DNA from: Prevotella sp.
GTDB lineage: Bacteria; Bacteroidota; Bacteroidia; Bacteroidales; Bacteroidaceae
Direction: 5' to 3'
DNA: 64,000 nt
Assembly (NCBI GenBank): GCA_017619275.1
Contig: JAFZSR010000090.1
Location: 6,945-70,944, forward strand
The position numbers and the translations under genes were made by a program. Under the pieces are notes generated by a model that was not told where the DNA came from, searched no databases, and worked only from the letters and a program-made list of their open reading frames with translations. Below are positions 10,701-20,437 of this stretch, piece by piece (the first letter of the stretch is position 1; the number at the start of each line of letters is the position of its first letter).

Positions 10701-11177
10701 GGTGGATTCAACATCACCCTGCGCTACGGCCCCTGGCAAATCAAGGGACGATTCAACTACCGCTTCGGCAACAAAATCGTCAACATCGCTCGCATGAATC
10801 TGGAGCAGATGTATAACACCAACAACCAAAGCACCACGGTGAACTACCGTTGGCGCAAGGATGGCGACGACACGCCCATGCCGCGTGCCATGTACAATTC
10901 GGGATGGAACTTCCAGAACTCCGACCGCTACGTGGAGGATGGCAGCTTCGTGCGATTCCAGAATCTGCAGATATCCTACAACTTCAGCAGGAAGCTCATC
11001 AAACAGTTGGGACTGAAGAGTCTGCAGGCCTACGGCTCTATGAACAATCTCTGTGTGTGGACAAAGTACAGCGGCATCGACCCCGAGGTGTCGGCACGCG
11101 GCTATTACCCCGCTTTCGACGAATCGCAGACACCGCGCTCGAAACAGTTCACACTAACGCTCAACGTGGGATTCTAA
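7782..11177 (+). CDS. susC: SusC/RagA family TonB-dependent transporter
   Basis: Signal peptide, N-terminal carboxypeptidase-like domain, plug motif [39 protein letters not shown] and a C-terminal aromatic (LNVGF). ATGA overlap with the upstream stop; alternative start at 7776. Confidence 0.95.
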   Translation: [1131 protein letters not shown]

Positions 11178-11211
11178 GGCTAAGCGCAAGAAACTAAAAA
11201 ACGCAAGAATT

Positions 11212-13074
11212 ATGAAGAACAAGAAGATATATACACGGATGATAAGTTTATCATTTATCATTTGTCTTTTATCCTTTAGCGTGGCGCTCACTTCCTGCCT
11301 GGAGCACAGCATCCTGCCCGACGACAAGGTGGTGGAGGAGAATTTCTGGAAGACGAAGGAAGACGTGCAGTCGATGGTGACGGCAGCCTATGCCGCCATG
11401 GCCAGCGAGCCTGTCATCACTAGACTCATCATCTGGGGCGATTTCCGCTCCGATGAGCTGGTGGGTAACACCGAGAAGCTCTCGGGAAGCATTCCCGATG
11501 CCCTGAAGGAGATTGAGGCAGTGAGCATTCAAACCACCAACCAGTTTGCCACATGGAGCGATTTCTACGATGTCATCAACAAGTGCAATATCGTGCTTGA
11601 GAAGGCCGAGAAAGTGCTCTACGAAGACCCCAACTACACACAGTCGGACTATGAGTCGCATTGTTGCCAGATGCTGGCACTCCGCTCGTTGTGCTATTTC
11701 TATCTGGTGCGCAACTTCCGCGACGTTCCCTATTATGAATATGCCCATACCACCAGCAGCCAGGTGAAAGAACTGCGACAGTCGGCGCCGGCTACGGTGC
11801 TGGAGAGCATCATTCAGACGCTGGAGCAGGTGGCCTCCAATAGCAACTGTCCACGCTCCAACAATTTCGCCGTCAGCGAGTGGCGCCGAGTGGGATGGTT
11901 CACGCTCGATGGCGTGAAAGCCTTGCTGGCTGATGTCTACCTCTGGCGTGCATCCGTCATGCACACCTCGGCCGACTACCAGCGTTGCGTGGAGCTTTGC
12001 GACCAAATCATCGAGTCGAAGCGTAGCCAGCACGTCAAGGGGCGCAACGAAACAGAGGAAAAACCTTATCCGCTGACCGACAATAACAACTTCACCGATG
12101 CCTACTCCGCCCTCTACGTCACTCAGAATGCCGAGGAGAGCATCTTCGAGTTGCAGTCGAGAAACAATGCAGCACTTTGCAAGTATTATTATAAATATGG
12201 TGATAACAACTCAACCGAAGGATATCTGAAGGCTTCGGGCATCTTCGCCAATTCCACCGACGCCGATGCCAACCTGGGCAATGCCAAGGTGAATGCCAAT
12301 ACGGTTTTCTCCACTTCCGACCTGCGTTTCTACAGTTCACACTTCACTGCCGCCGATGCCAGCTTCTACGATGTCAGGAAGATGGTGTCGCAGCAGGAGA
12401 TCAGGCGCAAGACGGGCGAGGCTCGCACGCAGAGCCGCACCTTCGCCAACTACGACCAGAACTACATTGTCTATCGTCTGCCCGACGTGATGCTGATGAA
12501 AGCCGAGGCATTGGTACAGCAGATGCAGGACACCATCGCCGGCTCCTCCGACGAGCAGAAGACTGCCGTAATGGAGGCCAACGCCGAGTTGCGCAAGCAG
12601 GCATTCGACCTGGTAGAGGCGGTGAACACCCGCTCGTGCTATGCCGACGACCGCGCCAACTATGCGCTCGATGTGGCTTGGCAAAAGGGAAACCGCTATA
12701 AAGACTTTTCAAAGGTTCAGATGGAGACGCTTGTCATGGAAGAACGGCTGCGCGAGTTATGCTTCGAGGGCAAGCGATGGTACGACCTGATGCGCTACAA
12801 CTATCGGCATATCGAAGGCGTGCGCTACAATGAGACTTACGGGCAGATGATTGCCGCAGCCGGAAGTACCGAGTTGGAGCTGCCAGCCCTCTACAAGGAC
12901 ATGCTGGAGCTGATGACCCGCTCACTATCGGAAGACCGCTTGGCCGTTCAAGCCAAGATGCATAACGAGAGCTATCTCTACATGCCTATACCCGAAAACG
13001 ACATCAACCTCTGCGACCAGCTGGTGCAAAACCCAGCTTATAAGTCAATCAATGCTTACGAGAAAACTTACTAA
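11212..13074 (+). CDS. susD: SusD/RagB family lipoprotein
   Basis: Lipobox LTSC, YRLPDVMLMKAEA, ERLRELCFEGKRWYDLMR and QNPAY. Confidence 0.95.
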   Translation: MKNKKIYTRMISLSFIICLLSFSVALTSCLEHSILPDDKVVEENFWKTKEDVQSMVTAAYAAMASEPVITRLIIWGDFRSDELVGNTEKLSGSIPDALKEIEAVSIQTTNQFATWSDFYDVINKCNIVLEKAEKVLYEDPNYTQSDYESHCCQMLALRSLCYFYLVRNFRDVPYYEYAHTTSSQVKELRQSAPATVLESIIQTLEQVASNSNCPRSNNFAVSEWRRVGWFTLDGVKALLADVYLWRASVMHTSADYQRCVELCDQIIESKRSQHVKGRNETEEKPYPLTDNNNFTDAYSALYVTQNAEESIFELQSRNNAALCKYYYKYGDNNSTEGYLKASGIFANSTDADANLGNAKVNANTVFSTSDLRFYSSHFTAADASFYDVRKMVSQQEIRRKTGEARTQSRTFANYDQNYIVYRLPDVMLMKAEALVQQMQDTIAGSSDEQKTAVMEANAELRKQAFDLVEAVNTRSCYADDRANYALDVAWQKGNRYKDFSKVQMETLVMEERLRELCFEGKRWYDLMRYNYRHIEGVRYNETYGQMIAAAGSTELELPALYKDMLELMTRSLSEDRLAVQAKMHNESYLYMPIPENDINLCDQLVQNPAYKSINAYEKTY

Positions 13075-15242
13075 TGGAAGGAGGAACACCTATGAATACT
13101 AAATTGATTAAATCATTCCATGTCGCCGTGGCAGTCGTGTCGATGGCAGCATTAGTGTCCTGTAATCCAGAACCCGACGAGTCGGACCTCTTCACCTCTA
13201 CTGGCGAGACGGCAGCCGACTTTATCAAGCGCAAGAGCGAACTCAGTTCCTTCGACTATATCCTTACTCGCGTAGGACTCGACCGCAACCTCTCGGCTTG
13301 GGGTGAGTACACCTGTTTCGTGCCCACCAACGACGCTGTGGCAGAGCACCTGGAGTATCTGTGGAACGACACCGACGCATCGATTCAGCACAACGGTATG
13401 ACCGAACTCTCGCTCGAAGGACTCACCGACAGCCTCTGCAACGAGATTGCCAAGTACCACCTCTCAGGCAAGATTCAGAACACCATTGAGATTGGCGGTG
13501 GCGGCACCACGGTGAACACCCTGCTGGGTACACCCTTCCAGACTTCGACCGACTCGCTGGGCTACGTCTGCCTGAACCAGGAGGCGAGAATCATTGAGGC
13601 CGACAGTCTGGTGACCAACGGCATCGTGCATGTCATCGACAAGGTCATCAAGTTCAACAACCGTCCGTTGATGCCCGAACTGGAGCGTCACGAGGAGTAC
13701 AGCATTTTCATGGAAGCATTGAAGCTGACCGGCTTGGCCGACTCCATTACTCGCACATGGAAACTGAATAGCGAGAACGCTCGCCGCGAATACTCCATCA
13801 CCGACTACTACGACACCGAGTCGCAAAAGAAGGCTCCGCTCTACTGGCCCAAGGAATGCCGCGTGATGTACACTATCTTTGCCGAGCCCAACTCGGTGCT
13901 GGAAAATAACGGAATCCACAGCTTGCAGGATCTCATCAACTATGCCAATGAGCAATATGGTGGCGCCGCCGACTGGTACGACTATCTCGGCGAGACGGGC
14001 AACAGCGTGAGCACTGGCACCGACTACACCAACCGCTTCAATGCCCTCAACATGTTTGTGGCCTACCACATTCTTTACGCTGGTATGCCGCAGAACGAGC
14101 TGGTGTTCGAATACAGCTCACGATGGAGCGAAGTTTGGAACTATGTTAACGGTTGCCGGCCCTACGACTACTACGAGACGATGCTCCCCCACACACTGCT
14201 GAAGATTTGGAACCCTGCGGGAACACAGCTCTACATCAACCGCTATGTGCGACTGAACACCCTCACCGACGAAATCGGCACCGTGGGCAGCCAGGCCATG
14301 CACACCCTGCTCGACCCAGGCATCCGCATCGCCCGCACCACCGATAGCGACATCAGCTCATCGCCCGATGACCACAGCAGTCTGCACACGAACATCCAGA
14401 CTTATAATGGCTACATCCATGCCCTACGCGGCATGCTTGTCTACAACCGCGAGGTGCCAAAGGGCGTGCTCCACGAGCGTATGCGCTTCGACAGCACCAC
14501 TTTTATCCCTGAGTTCATCAACAACGGCATCCGCATGTCGAACAGTGGCGAGGTGTCGGCACTTAATGGCGGAGGAAGCGGAGCGCGTGTGGCTTTCCCG
14601 CTCGACTTTTTCGACAACGTGGTCAGCTATACCGACCAGAACTGTTTCCGCTACAACGTGAAGGGCGCCTACAACGCCTGGCAGGGCGACACCTTCCAGG
14701 GATGGGGTGGCAGCTACGACCTGGCCATCAAACTGCCGCCGCTGCCTTCGGGCAACTACGAGATGCGCATCTTCTACACCCCCATGGGTCATGGCAGCAT
14801 GATGCAGTTCTATATGGGTACCAGCAAGAAGCAGTCGAGCATGGTGGCTGTCGACATCCCCCTCGATGCCCGCGTAGCCATCACCGACCCGCGCATCGGT
14901 TGGACCAACTATAACGAAGAAGAGGATTTGGGCATTGCCACCGACGCCGCCATGCGCAACCACGGCTATATGCGCTGCTCGTATGGATACCAAGACCACC
15001 CTGAACGTCACGACCAGCAAACGGGAGTGAACACCGACCGCAACCTGCGCTATACCAGCACGGGTAACAATGCGCTACGCAAAATCATGGGACGTTTCGA
15101 CATCAAGCAGAGCGAGGAGCGTTGGTTCCGCATCAAGAGCGTGGTGCCCGACGAGAAAGAGCTGAAGTGGCAGTTCGACTTCGTGGAGTTCATCCCCGTG
15201 GAGATGGTCGACCAGACCGAATACTTGGAGGACTGGTTCTAA
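13074..15242 (+). CDS. Fasciclin (FAS1) domain lipoprotein
   Basis: Lipobox LVSC (the likely start is ATG 13092), YTCFVPTNDAV, NGIVHVIDKVI, YTIFAEPN and NGYIHAL. Confidence 0.85.
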   Translation: MEGGTPMNTKLIKSFHVAVAVVSMAALVSCNPEPDESDLFTSTGETAADFIKRKSELSSFDYILTRVGLDRNLSAWGEYTCFVPTNDAVAEHLEYLWNDTDASIQHNGMTELSLEGLTDSLCNEIAKYHLSGKIQNTIEIGGGGTTVNTLLGTPFQTSTDSLGYVCLNQEARIIEADSLVTNGIVHVIDKVIKFNNRPLMPELERHEEYSIFMEALKLTGLADSITRTWKLNSENARREYSITDYYDTESQKKAPLYWPKECRVMYTIFAEPNSVLENNGIHSLQDLINYANEQYGGAADWYDYLGETGNSVSTGTDYTNRFNALNMFVAYHILYAGMPQNELVFEYSSRWSEVWNYVNGCRPYDYYETMLPHTLLKIWNPAGTQLYINRYVRLNTLTDEIGTVGSQAMHTLLDPGIRIARTTDSDISSSPDDHSSLHTNIQTYNGYIHALRGMLVYNREVPKGVLHERMRFDSTTFIPEFINNGIRMSNSGEVSALNGGGSGARVAFPLDFFDNVVSYTDQNCFRYNVKGAYNAWQGDTFQGWGGSYDLAIKLPPLPSGNYEMRIFYTPMGHGSMMQFYMGTSKKQSSMVAVDIPLDARVAITDPRIGWTNYNEEEDLGIATDAAMRNHGYMRCSYGYQDHPERHDQQTGVNTDRNLRYTSTGNNALRKIMGRFDIKQSEERWFRIKSVVPDEKELKWQFDFVEFIPVEMVDQTEYLEDWF

Positions 15243-15289
15243 AAGTGATAAGAGATAAGTGAAAAGATAATAGACACGAATTCCGCATT

Positions 15290-17071
15290 ATGAAAAGATT
15301 CATCAATATAACGGCTATTGGTTGCTGTATCACGGCGATGGGCCTTATGACGGCTTGCTCCGACTTCAGCGACTATAACGAGGCACCTGTGGATGCACAA
15401 CCTTCGGGCAACCTGACGCTTTGGGAGAACATTCAGCAGCATCCGCAACTCACCGAGTTCGCCTCGCTACTGCGCCGCACAGGCTTTGCCGAGCAGTTGG
15501 CCAATTCGCGCACCTATACGGTGTGGGCGCCGGTGAACGGCACGTTCAGTGTGGCCGACTATCAGCATTTGGGCGACTCGCTGGTGCTGCAGCAGTTTGT
15601 CAAGAGCCATGTGGCACAGTATGTGCACGTGGCTTCGGGTGATATCAGCGAGCGCATCCACACGCTCAACGGGAAGTCGTTCGACTTCTTGGGCAACGGC
15701 AATTATACCTACGCCGGACAGAAGATTAACCAGGCCAACCTGCCCAGCTCGAATGGCGTGGTGCACCTGCTCGACGGCATGGCTCACTTCTATCCCAATC
15801 TGTATGAATATCTGCGCATGGGAGAGAACATCGATTCGCTGCGCAATTATTTCCTCAAGTACGAACTCACCACGCTCGACATCGAGCAAAGCGTGAAAGG
15901 CCCCATGGTGGAAGGTGTGCAAACCTATATCGACTCAGTGGTCGTCACCGACAACCAGCTCATCAACCGTCTCAATGCCGACCTGGCCAACGAGGACAGC
16001 ACCTATACCTTCCTGATGCCTACCAACAAAGCATACGCCGACCTCTACGCCAAGATCAAGCCCCTCTACAACATCCTTGCTACCACTACCGTGCAGGATG
16101 TGGATGCCTTTGCCAAGCCTTCCGACACGATGACGAAGGAGATTCAGGTAGACAAGGAATACTTGAGCGATTCGCTGGTGCGTAGCGTCATCGTGGGCGA
16201 TCTGGTCTACAGCAATAACAATGTCTACAATCGCTGGCTCGTCGACAAAGGGGAGTTCACCGACACCCTGCGCAGCACCACACGCAGCAAGTTCTCCAAC
16301 CCTCGCGACATCTTGGCCCCGGTGATTCAGAAGCAATCCATGAGCAATGGCTCTGCCTACATCATGGACAGCCTCGCCTTCCTGCCGTGGGAACTCTACA
16401 ACCCACAGATAGAGGCAAACCTCGCCAACAATGTCTACAGGGAGAACAGCAAGGACCGCTTCACCTTCTCGTCGAACATGGTCAATGTGCCCGACAGCAT
16501 TGCCAAGCGCATCTTCAACGACCCGCTGGCCACTCGTTTCCGCTATCTGTGGATTTATCCCACCAGCGACTACGCCAAGCCCGACGTCTTCGTTGAGCTG
16601 CCCAATGTGCTCTCCACCACCTACCAAATTTATGCTGTGTTTATGCCCACGCGCTACCAGCTTGATGAGGACCGCTATTGGATTTTCGACAGCGGCGATG
16701 AGAAGCCCAACCTGCTCAACTTCCAGCTAAACTATTGCGGCGCCAACGGTAAGGTGGCCACCTATAGCTTCAGCTCGAAGTACCTCGCAAGCGGCGACAG
16801 TAAAGACGAGAACCCGAAGGCTGTGAACAAGACAACTGCCTTCACCAACGACCCCTACAAGGTCGACACCGTCTACTTGGGACAGTTCACCTTCCCCGTG
16901 GCCTATAGGGGCCTGAACGGCTATTCTCCCAACATTCACATCAGCAATCCCATCGGCGTGTTCAACAAGACCGACATGGCCACCTACACCCGCGACGTGC
17001 GCCTGGCTGCCATCATCTTGAAGCCCATGGAATTGGTGGAGTATGAAGAAAATGAGAAAACGAGAAAATGA
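15290..17071 (+). CDS. Fasciclin (FAS1) domain lipoprotein
   Basis: Lipobox MTAC, YTVWAPVN, NGVVHLLDG and YTFLMPTNKAY. Confidence 0.85.
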   Translation: MKRFINITAIGCCITAMGLMTACSDFSDYNEAPVDAQPSGNLTLWENIQQHPQLTEFASLLRRTGFAEQLANSRTYTVWAPVNGTFSVADYQHLGDSLVLQQFVKSHVAQYVHVASGDISERIHTLNGKSFDFLGNGNYTYAGQKINQANLPSSNGVVHLLDGMAHFYPNLYEYLRMGENIDSLRNYFLKYELTTLDIEQSVKGPMVEGVQTYIDSVVVTDNQLINRLNADLANEDSTYTFLMPTNKAYADLYAKIKPLYNILATTTVQDVDAFAKPSDTMTKEIQVDKEYLSDSLVRSVIVGDLVYSNNNVYNRWLVDKGEFTDTLRSTTRSKFSNPRDILAPVIQKQSMSNGSAYIMDSLAFLPWELYNPQIEANLANNVYRENSKDRFTFSSNMVNVPDSIAKRIFNDPLATRFRYLWIYPTSDYAKPDVFVELPNVLSTTYQIYAVFMPTRYQLDEDRYWIFDSGDEKPNLLNFQLNYCGANGKVATYSFSSKYLASGDSKDENPKAVNKTTAFTNDPYKVDTVYLGQFTFPVAYRGLNGYSPNIHISNPIGVFNKTDMATYTRDVRLAAIILKPMELVEYEENEKTRK

Positions 17072-20000
17072 GAAAACAAGATATGAAGAGCATCCTATTT
17101 AATCTTTGGCAGACAGCCAGTCGCAGAGTGTTGCTCTGCACCTTGGCTATAGGCTTCTTGGCAACGCCGACCTTGGCACAAACCGAAGACGACGATGAAG
17201 AAGAAGACGAGATGGAAGCCGTCATCAAGCAACCTGTGCGCAGGGTATCGACAAAATATCCCACGGTGAGTCTGCGCGGTACGATTGTTGACCAAGCCAC
17301 TGGCCAGCCCCTGTCGGGCATCCAGTTGCAGGCGCTCGGATATGTGCGCTACACGGCCATGACCGAGGAAGACGGAAGTTTCGTCATCGCTGTTCCCGAC
17401 TTCGCCACCGCGCTCTATGTGCATGCCCCCGATTATGCGCCCCAGCAGGTGGCCATCGTCCCTGGCGACAGCACACAACAGTTCCGCATTTCGATGCTGC
17501 GCGACCGTTTCCTGCCCATGTATGGCAAGGGCACCGTCTACACCGCCCAGCAGCAAGCCATGATTGATGGTCGTGGCGTCACCGTCGACAACGAGGTGAG
17601 CCAGAAGCTGGCCGGCAGCGTGCGTACCATCATGCGCTCGGCAGCCCTTGACGGAGGCGCATCTATGTTCATCCGTGGTTTGAACAGCATCACCAGCGGT
17701 TCGCAGCCCTTGGTGGTGGTGGATGGCATTGAGCTCGACATGCAGCACGACCGCTATTCGCTGCACGATGGGCAGTTCAACAACATCTTGGCAAACATCG
17801 CCCCCGACGACGTGGAGAAAATCACTGTGCTGAAAAACGCCACAGCCCTCTATGGCGCACGTGGCGCCAATGGCGTGGTGCTCATCGATACCAAGCGCGG
17901 ACACTCCATGGCCACACGCATCGACGCCAACGTGTCGGCGGGCGTCACATTGGTGCCTACGCTGCCCACGATGATGAATGCCACCCAGTATCGCACTTAT
18001 GCCACCGAGGTGATGGGAACCGTGGAGGGCATCATGGACCGCACACGCGACTTCCGCTTCCTCAACGACGACCCCAACGGATTCTATTACCACATGTACC
18101 ATAACGATACCGACTGGTCAAAGGAGGTCTACCACACGGCTATGACGCAGAACTACAGCATCAACGTGCAGGGTGGCGACGACATTGGCATGTACAACCT
18201 CTCGGTGGGATATGTCGACGCGCAGTATGCTGCTCGCGAGAACTCGTTCAACCGCATGAACGTGCGCTTCAACACCGATATCAAAATCTTGTGGAACCTC
18301 AGCACCAAGTTCGATATCAGCATTGCGCGCACCAGTAATAAGGTCTTCGACAATGGCTTCCCCGCCGATCTCACGTCGGGCGCCATCGTCTCGCCCACCG
18401 CGCTGGCCCTCATCAAGTCGCCATTGCTGTCGCCCTACCAGTATAACATGCTGCTCAATGGCGGCAAGGGAGGCTTCTCTTCGCTCTATAGCGGTGCCGA
18501 CGACCTGTTTGAGCAGCTGAAGGGCAACAACGCCTACAGCCTGGCCAACCCTGTGTCCATCCTCGACTATGCCGAGGGCGACAACAAGAACAAGGCCGAG
18601 AACACCTATTTCAACGTGCATGTGGCCCCACAATATCGCATCAACGATGAGTTTCAGCTCACGGCGCTATTCAGCTACACCCTCAACCGCAATTCCCAGC
18701 GTTATTTCCGTCCGCGCACCGACGTCCCCTCTTTCGCAGTGCCTGGTTTGGGACGCGTCTATGCCAAGACGCAATCCATGTTTGCCAAGGAAAACAACTT
18801 TGTGGGCAACCTGCAACTCGACTGGAACCGCCAGTGTGGCCGCCACACTTGGGCTGCCTTTGCTGGCGCACGCTTCAACTCGTTCACCTACGACAGTAAC
18901 GACGTGAGCGTGCAGGCCAGCTCCGATGCCACCAGCGACAACAATCCCTCGCTGGGATGGGCTGGCTATAAGGACATCCAGGGAGCCAACGACGAGTGGC
19001 GGCAGATGCAGTGGTATGGCAATGTGGACTATAACTACATGAACCGCTACTTCGCCACCCTGTCGCTGCTGGGCGAGGCCAACAGCCGCTTTGGCTCGGA
19101 TGCCGACGCACTGAGTCTCTTCGGCGTGAAGTGGGCACTATTCCCCAGCCTGCAAGTGGGATGGGTGATGACCAACGAGAGTTGGTTCCCCAAGAATATT
19201 GGCGTGGACTATCTGCGTCTGAACGCAGGATTCGATGTCAGCGGCAACGACGGCATTTCCAATTATGCCGCACGCACCAGCTTTACTACTGTGCGCTACA
19301 ACAACAATGCCATCGGAACCCAGCTCACCAATGTGGGCAACGACAAGATTCAGTGGGAGTCGACGAGTAAGTTCAACCTCGGCCTCGAGAGCTATCTGCT
19401 TCACAATCGCCTGGGTGTGCATTTCGACTACTTCTTCCACCACACCAGCAACCTGCTCACACAGAAAGCCTTCTCCAACCCCATTGGCGGCATCAACCTC
19501 TATTGGAGCAATGGCGGCGAGCTGCAGAACGAAGGCTTCGAGGCCACCGTCACCTTCAAGCCCGTGGTGTATAAGGACTGGAACGTAGAGGTGGGGGCCA
19601 GCGTGGGCCACTACAAGAACAAGGTCTCCAAGCTGCCGCAAGGCTTCCAGAACTACAGCTCCATCTATGGCGACAACAACATCATCACTGCCGTAGGCCA
19701 GCCGATAGCACTCTTCTGGGGCTATCAGACGAAGGGCGTCTTCGCCGACGATGCCGAGGCCCGCGTTGCTGGCAAGGGGGGCTATCTCTATATGGAAGAC
19801 AATGCCGGCATCCATCACGACTTCAAGGCTGGCGACGTGCACTTTGCCGACCTCAATGGCGACGGCATCATCAGCGAGGCCGACAAGACCATCATCGGCG
19901 ACCCCAACCCCGATATCTACGGCAACATCTTCGCCACCGTGAATTGGAAGCACCTCACGCTCTCGCTGGGCTTCAACTATTCGCTGGGCAACGATGTCTA

Positions 20001-20403
20001 CAACTACCAGCGCTCGGTGCTCAATTCGGGCAGCAACTTCTACAACCAGCAAGTGGCCGAGGTGGGCCGTTGGCACTACGAAGGCCAACAAACCGACATC
20101 CCACGCGCTACGTTTGGCGACCCCATGCAGAACAACCGCTTCAGCGACCGATGGATTGAGGACGGCAGCTACCTGCGACTGAAGACCCTCGCCCTGTCAT
20201 ACCGCGTGCCAGTACCGGGCTCGTGGACATGGCTCCAGGGACTCACCATCTGGGCCGAGGCACACAACCTGCTCACCTTCTCCAAGTATCTGGGCAGTGA
20301 CCCGGAGTTCTCGGCTGGCAGCAGTGTACTACTGCAAGGCATCGACACAGGCAACCTGGCGCAGAGCCGAGCCTTCACCGCTGGATTGAAAATCAACCTG
20401 TAA
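17068..20403 (+). CDS. susC: SusC/RagA family TonB-dependent transporter
   Basis: Plug motif DDVEKITVLKNATALYGARGANGVVLIDTKRG, IQWEST, SDRWIEDGSYLRLK and C-terminal KINL. Confidence 0.95.
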   Translation: MRKQDMKSILFNLWQTASRRVLLCTLAIGFLATPTLAQTEDDDEEEDEMEAVIKQPVRRVSTKYPTVSLRGTIVDQATGQPLSGIQLQALGYVRYTAMTEEDGSFVIAVPDFATALYVHAPDYAPQQVAIVPGDSTQQFRISMLRDRFLPMYGKGTVYTAQQQAMIDGRGVTVDNEVSQKLAGSVRTIMRSAALDGGASMFIRGLNSITSGSQPLVVVDGIELDMQHDRYSLHDGQFNNILANIAPDDVEKITVLKNATALYGARGANGVVLIDTKRGHSMATRIDANVSAGVTLVPTLPTMMNATQYRTYATEVMGTVEGIMDRTRDFRFLNDDPNGFYYHMYHNDTDWSKEVYHTAMTQNYSINVQGGDDIGMYNLSVGYVDAQYAARENSFNRMNVRFNTDIKILWNLSTKFDISIARTSNKVFDNGFPADLTSGAIVSPTALALIKSPLLSPYQYNMLLNGGKGGFSSLYSGADDLFEQLKGNNAYSLANPVSILDYAEGDNKNKAENTYFNVHVAPQYRINDEFQLTALFSYTLNRNSQRYFRPRTDVPSFAVPGLGRVYAKTQSMFAKENNFVGNLQLDWNRQCGRHTWAAFAGARFNSFTYDSNDVSVQASSDATSDNNPSLGWAGYKDIQGANDEWRQMQWYGNVDYNYMNRYFATLSLLGEANSRFGSDADALSLFGVKWALFPSLQVGWVMTNESWFPKNIGVDYLRLNAGFDVSGNDGISNYAARTSFTTVRYNNNAIGTQLTNVGNDKIQWESTSKFNLGLESYLLHNRLGVHFDYFFHHTSNLLTQKAFSNPIGGINLYWSNGGELQNEGFEATVTFKPVVYKDWNVEVGASVGHYKNKVSKLPQGFQNYSSIYGDNNIITAVGQPIALFWGYQTKGVFADDAEARVAGKGGYLYMEDNAGIHHDFKAGDVHFADLNGDGIISEADKTIIGDPNPDIYGNIFATVNWKHLTLSLGFNYSLGNDVYNYQRSVLNSGSNFYNQQVAEVGRWHYEGQQTDIPRATFGDPMQNNRFSDRWIEDGSYLRLKTLALSYRVPVPGSWTWLQGLTIWAEAHNLLTFSKYLGSDPEFSAGSSVLLQGIDTGNLAQSRAFTAGLKINL

Positions 20404-20437
20404 TAATTCGCAATTTAGTAATTAATAATTCGTAATT

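Noticed and set aside
5221-20091. Long antisense ORFs (e.g. 5221-6567, 9144-10829, 19138-20091)
   Set aside because: They are shadows of GC3-rich sense genes with no recognisable motifs.
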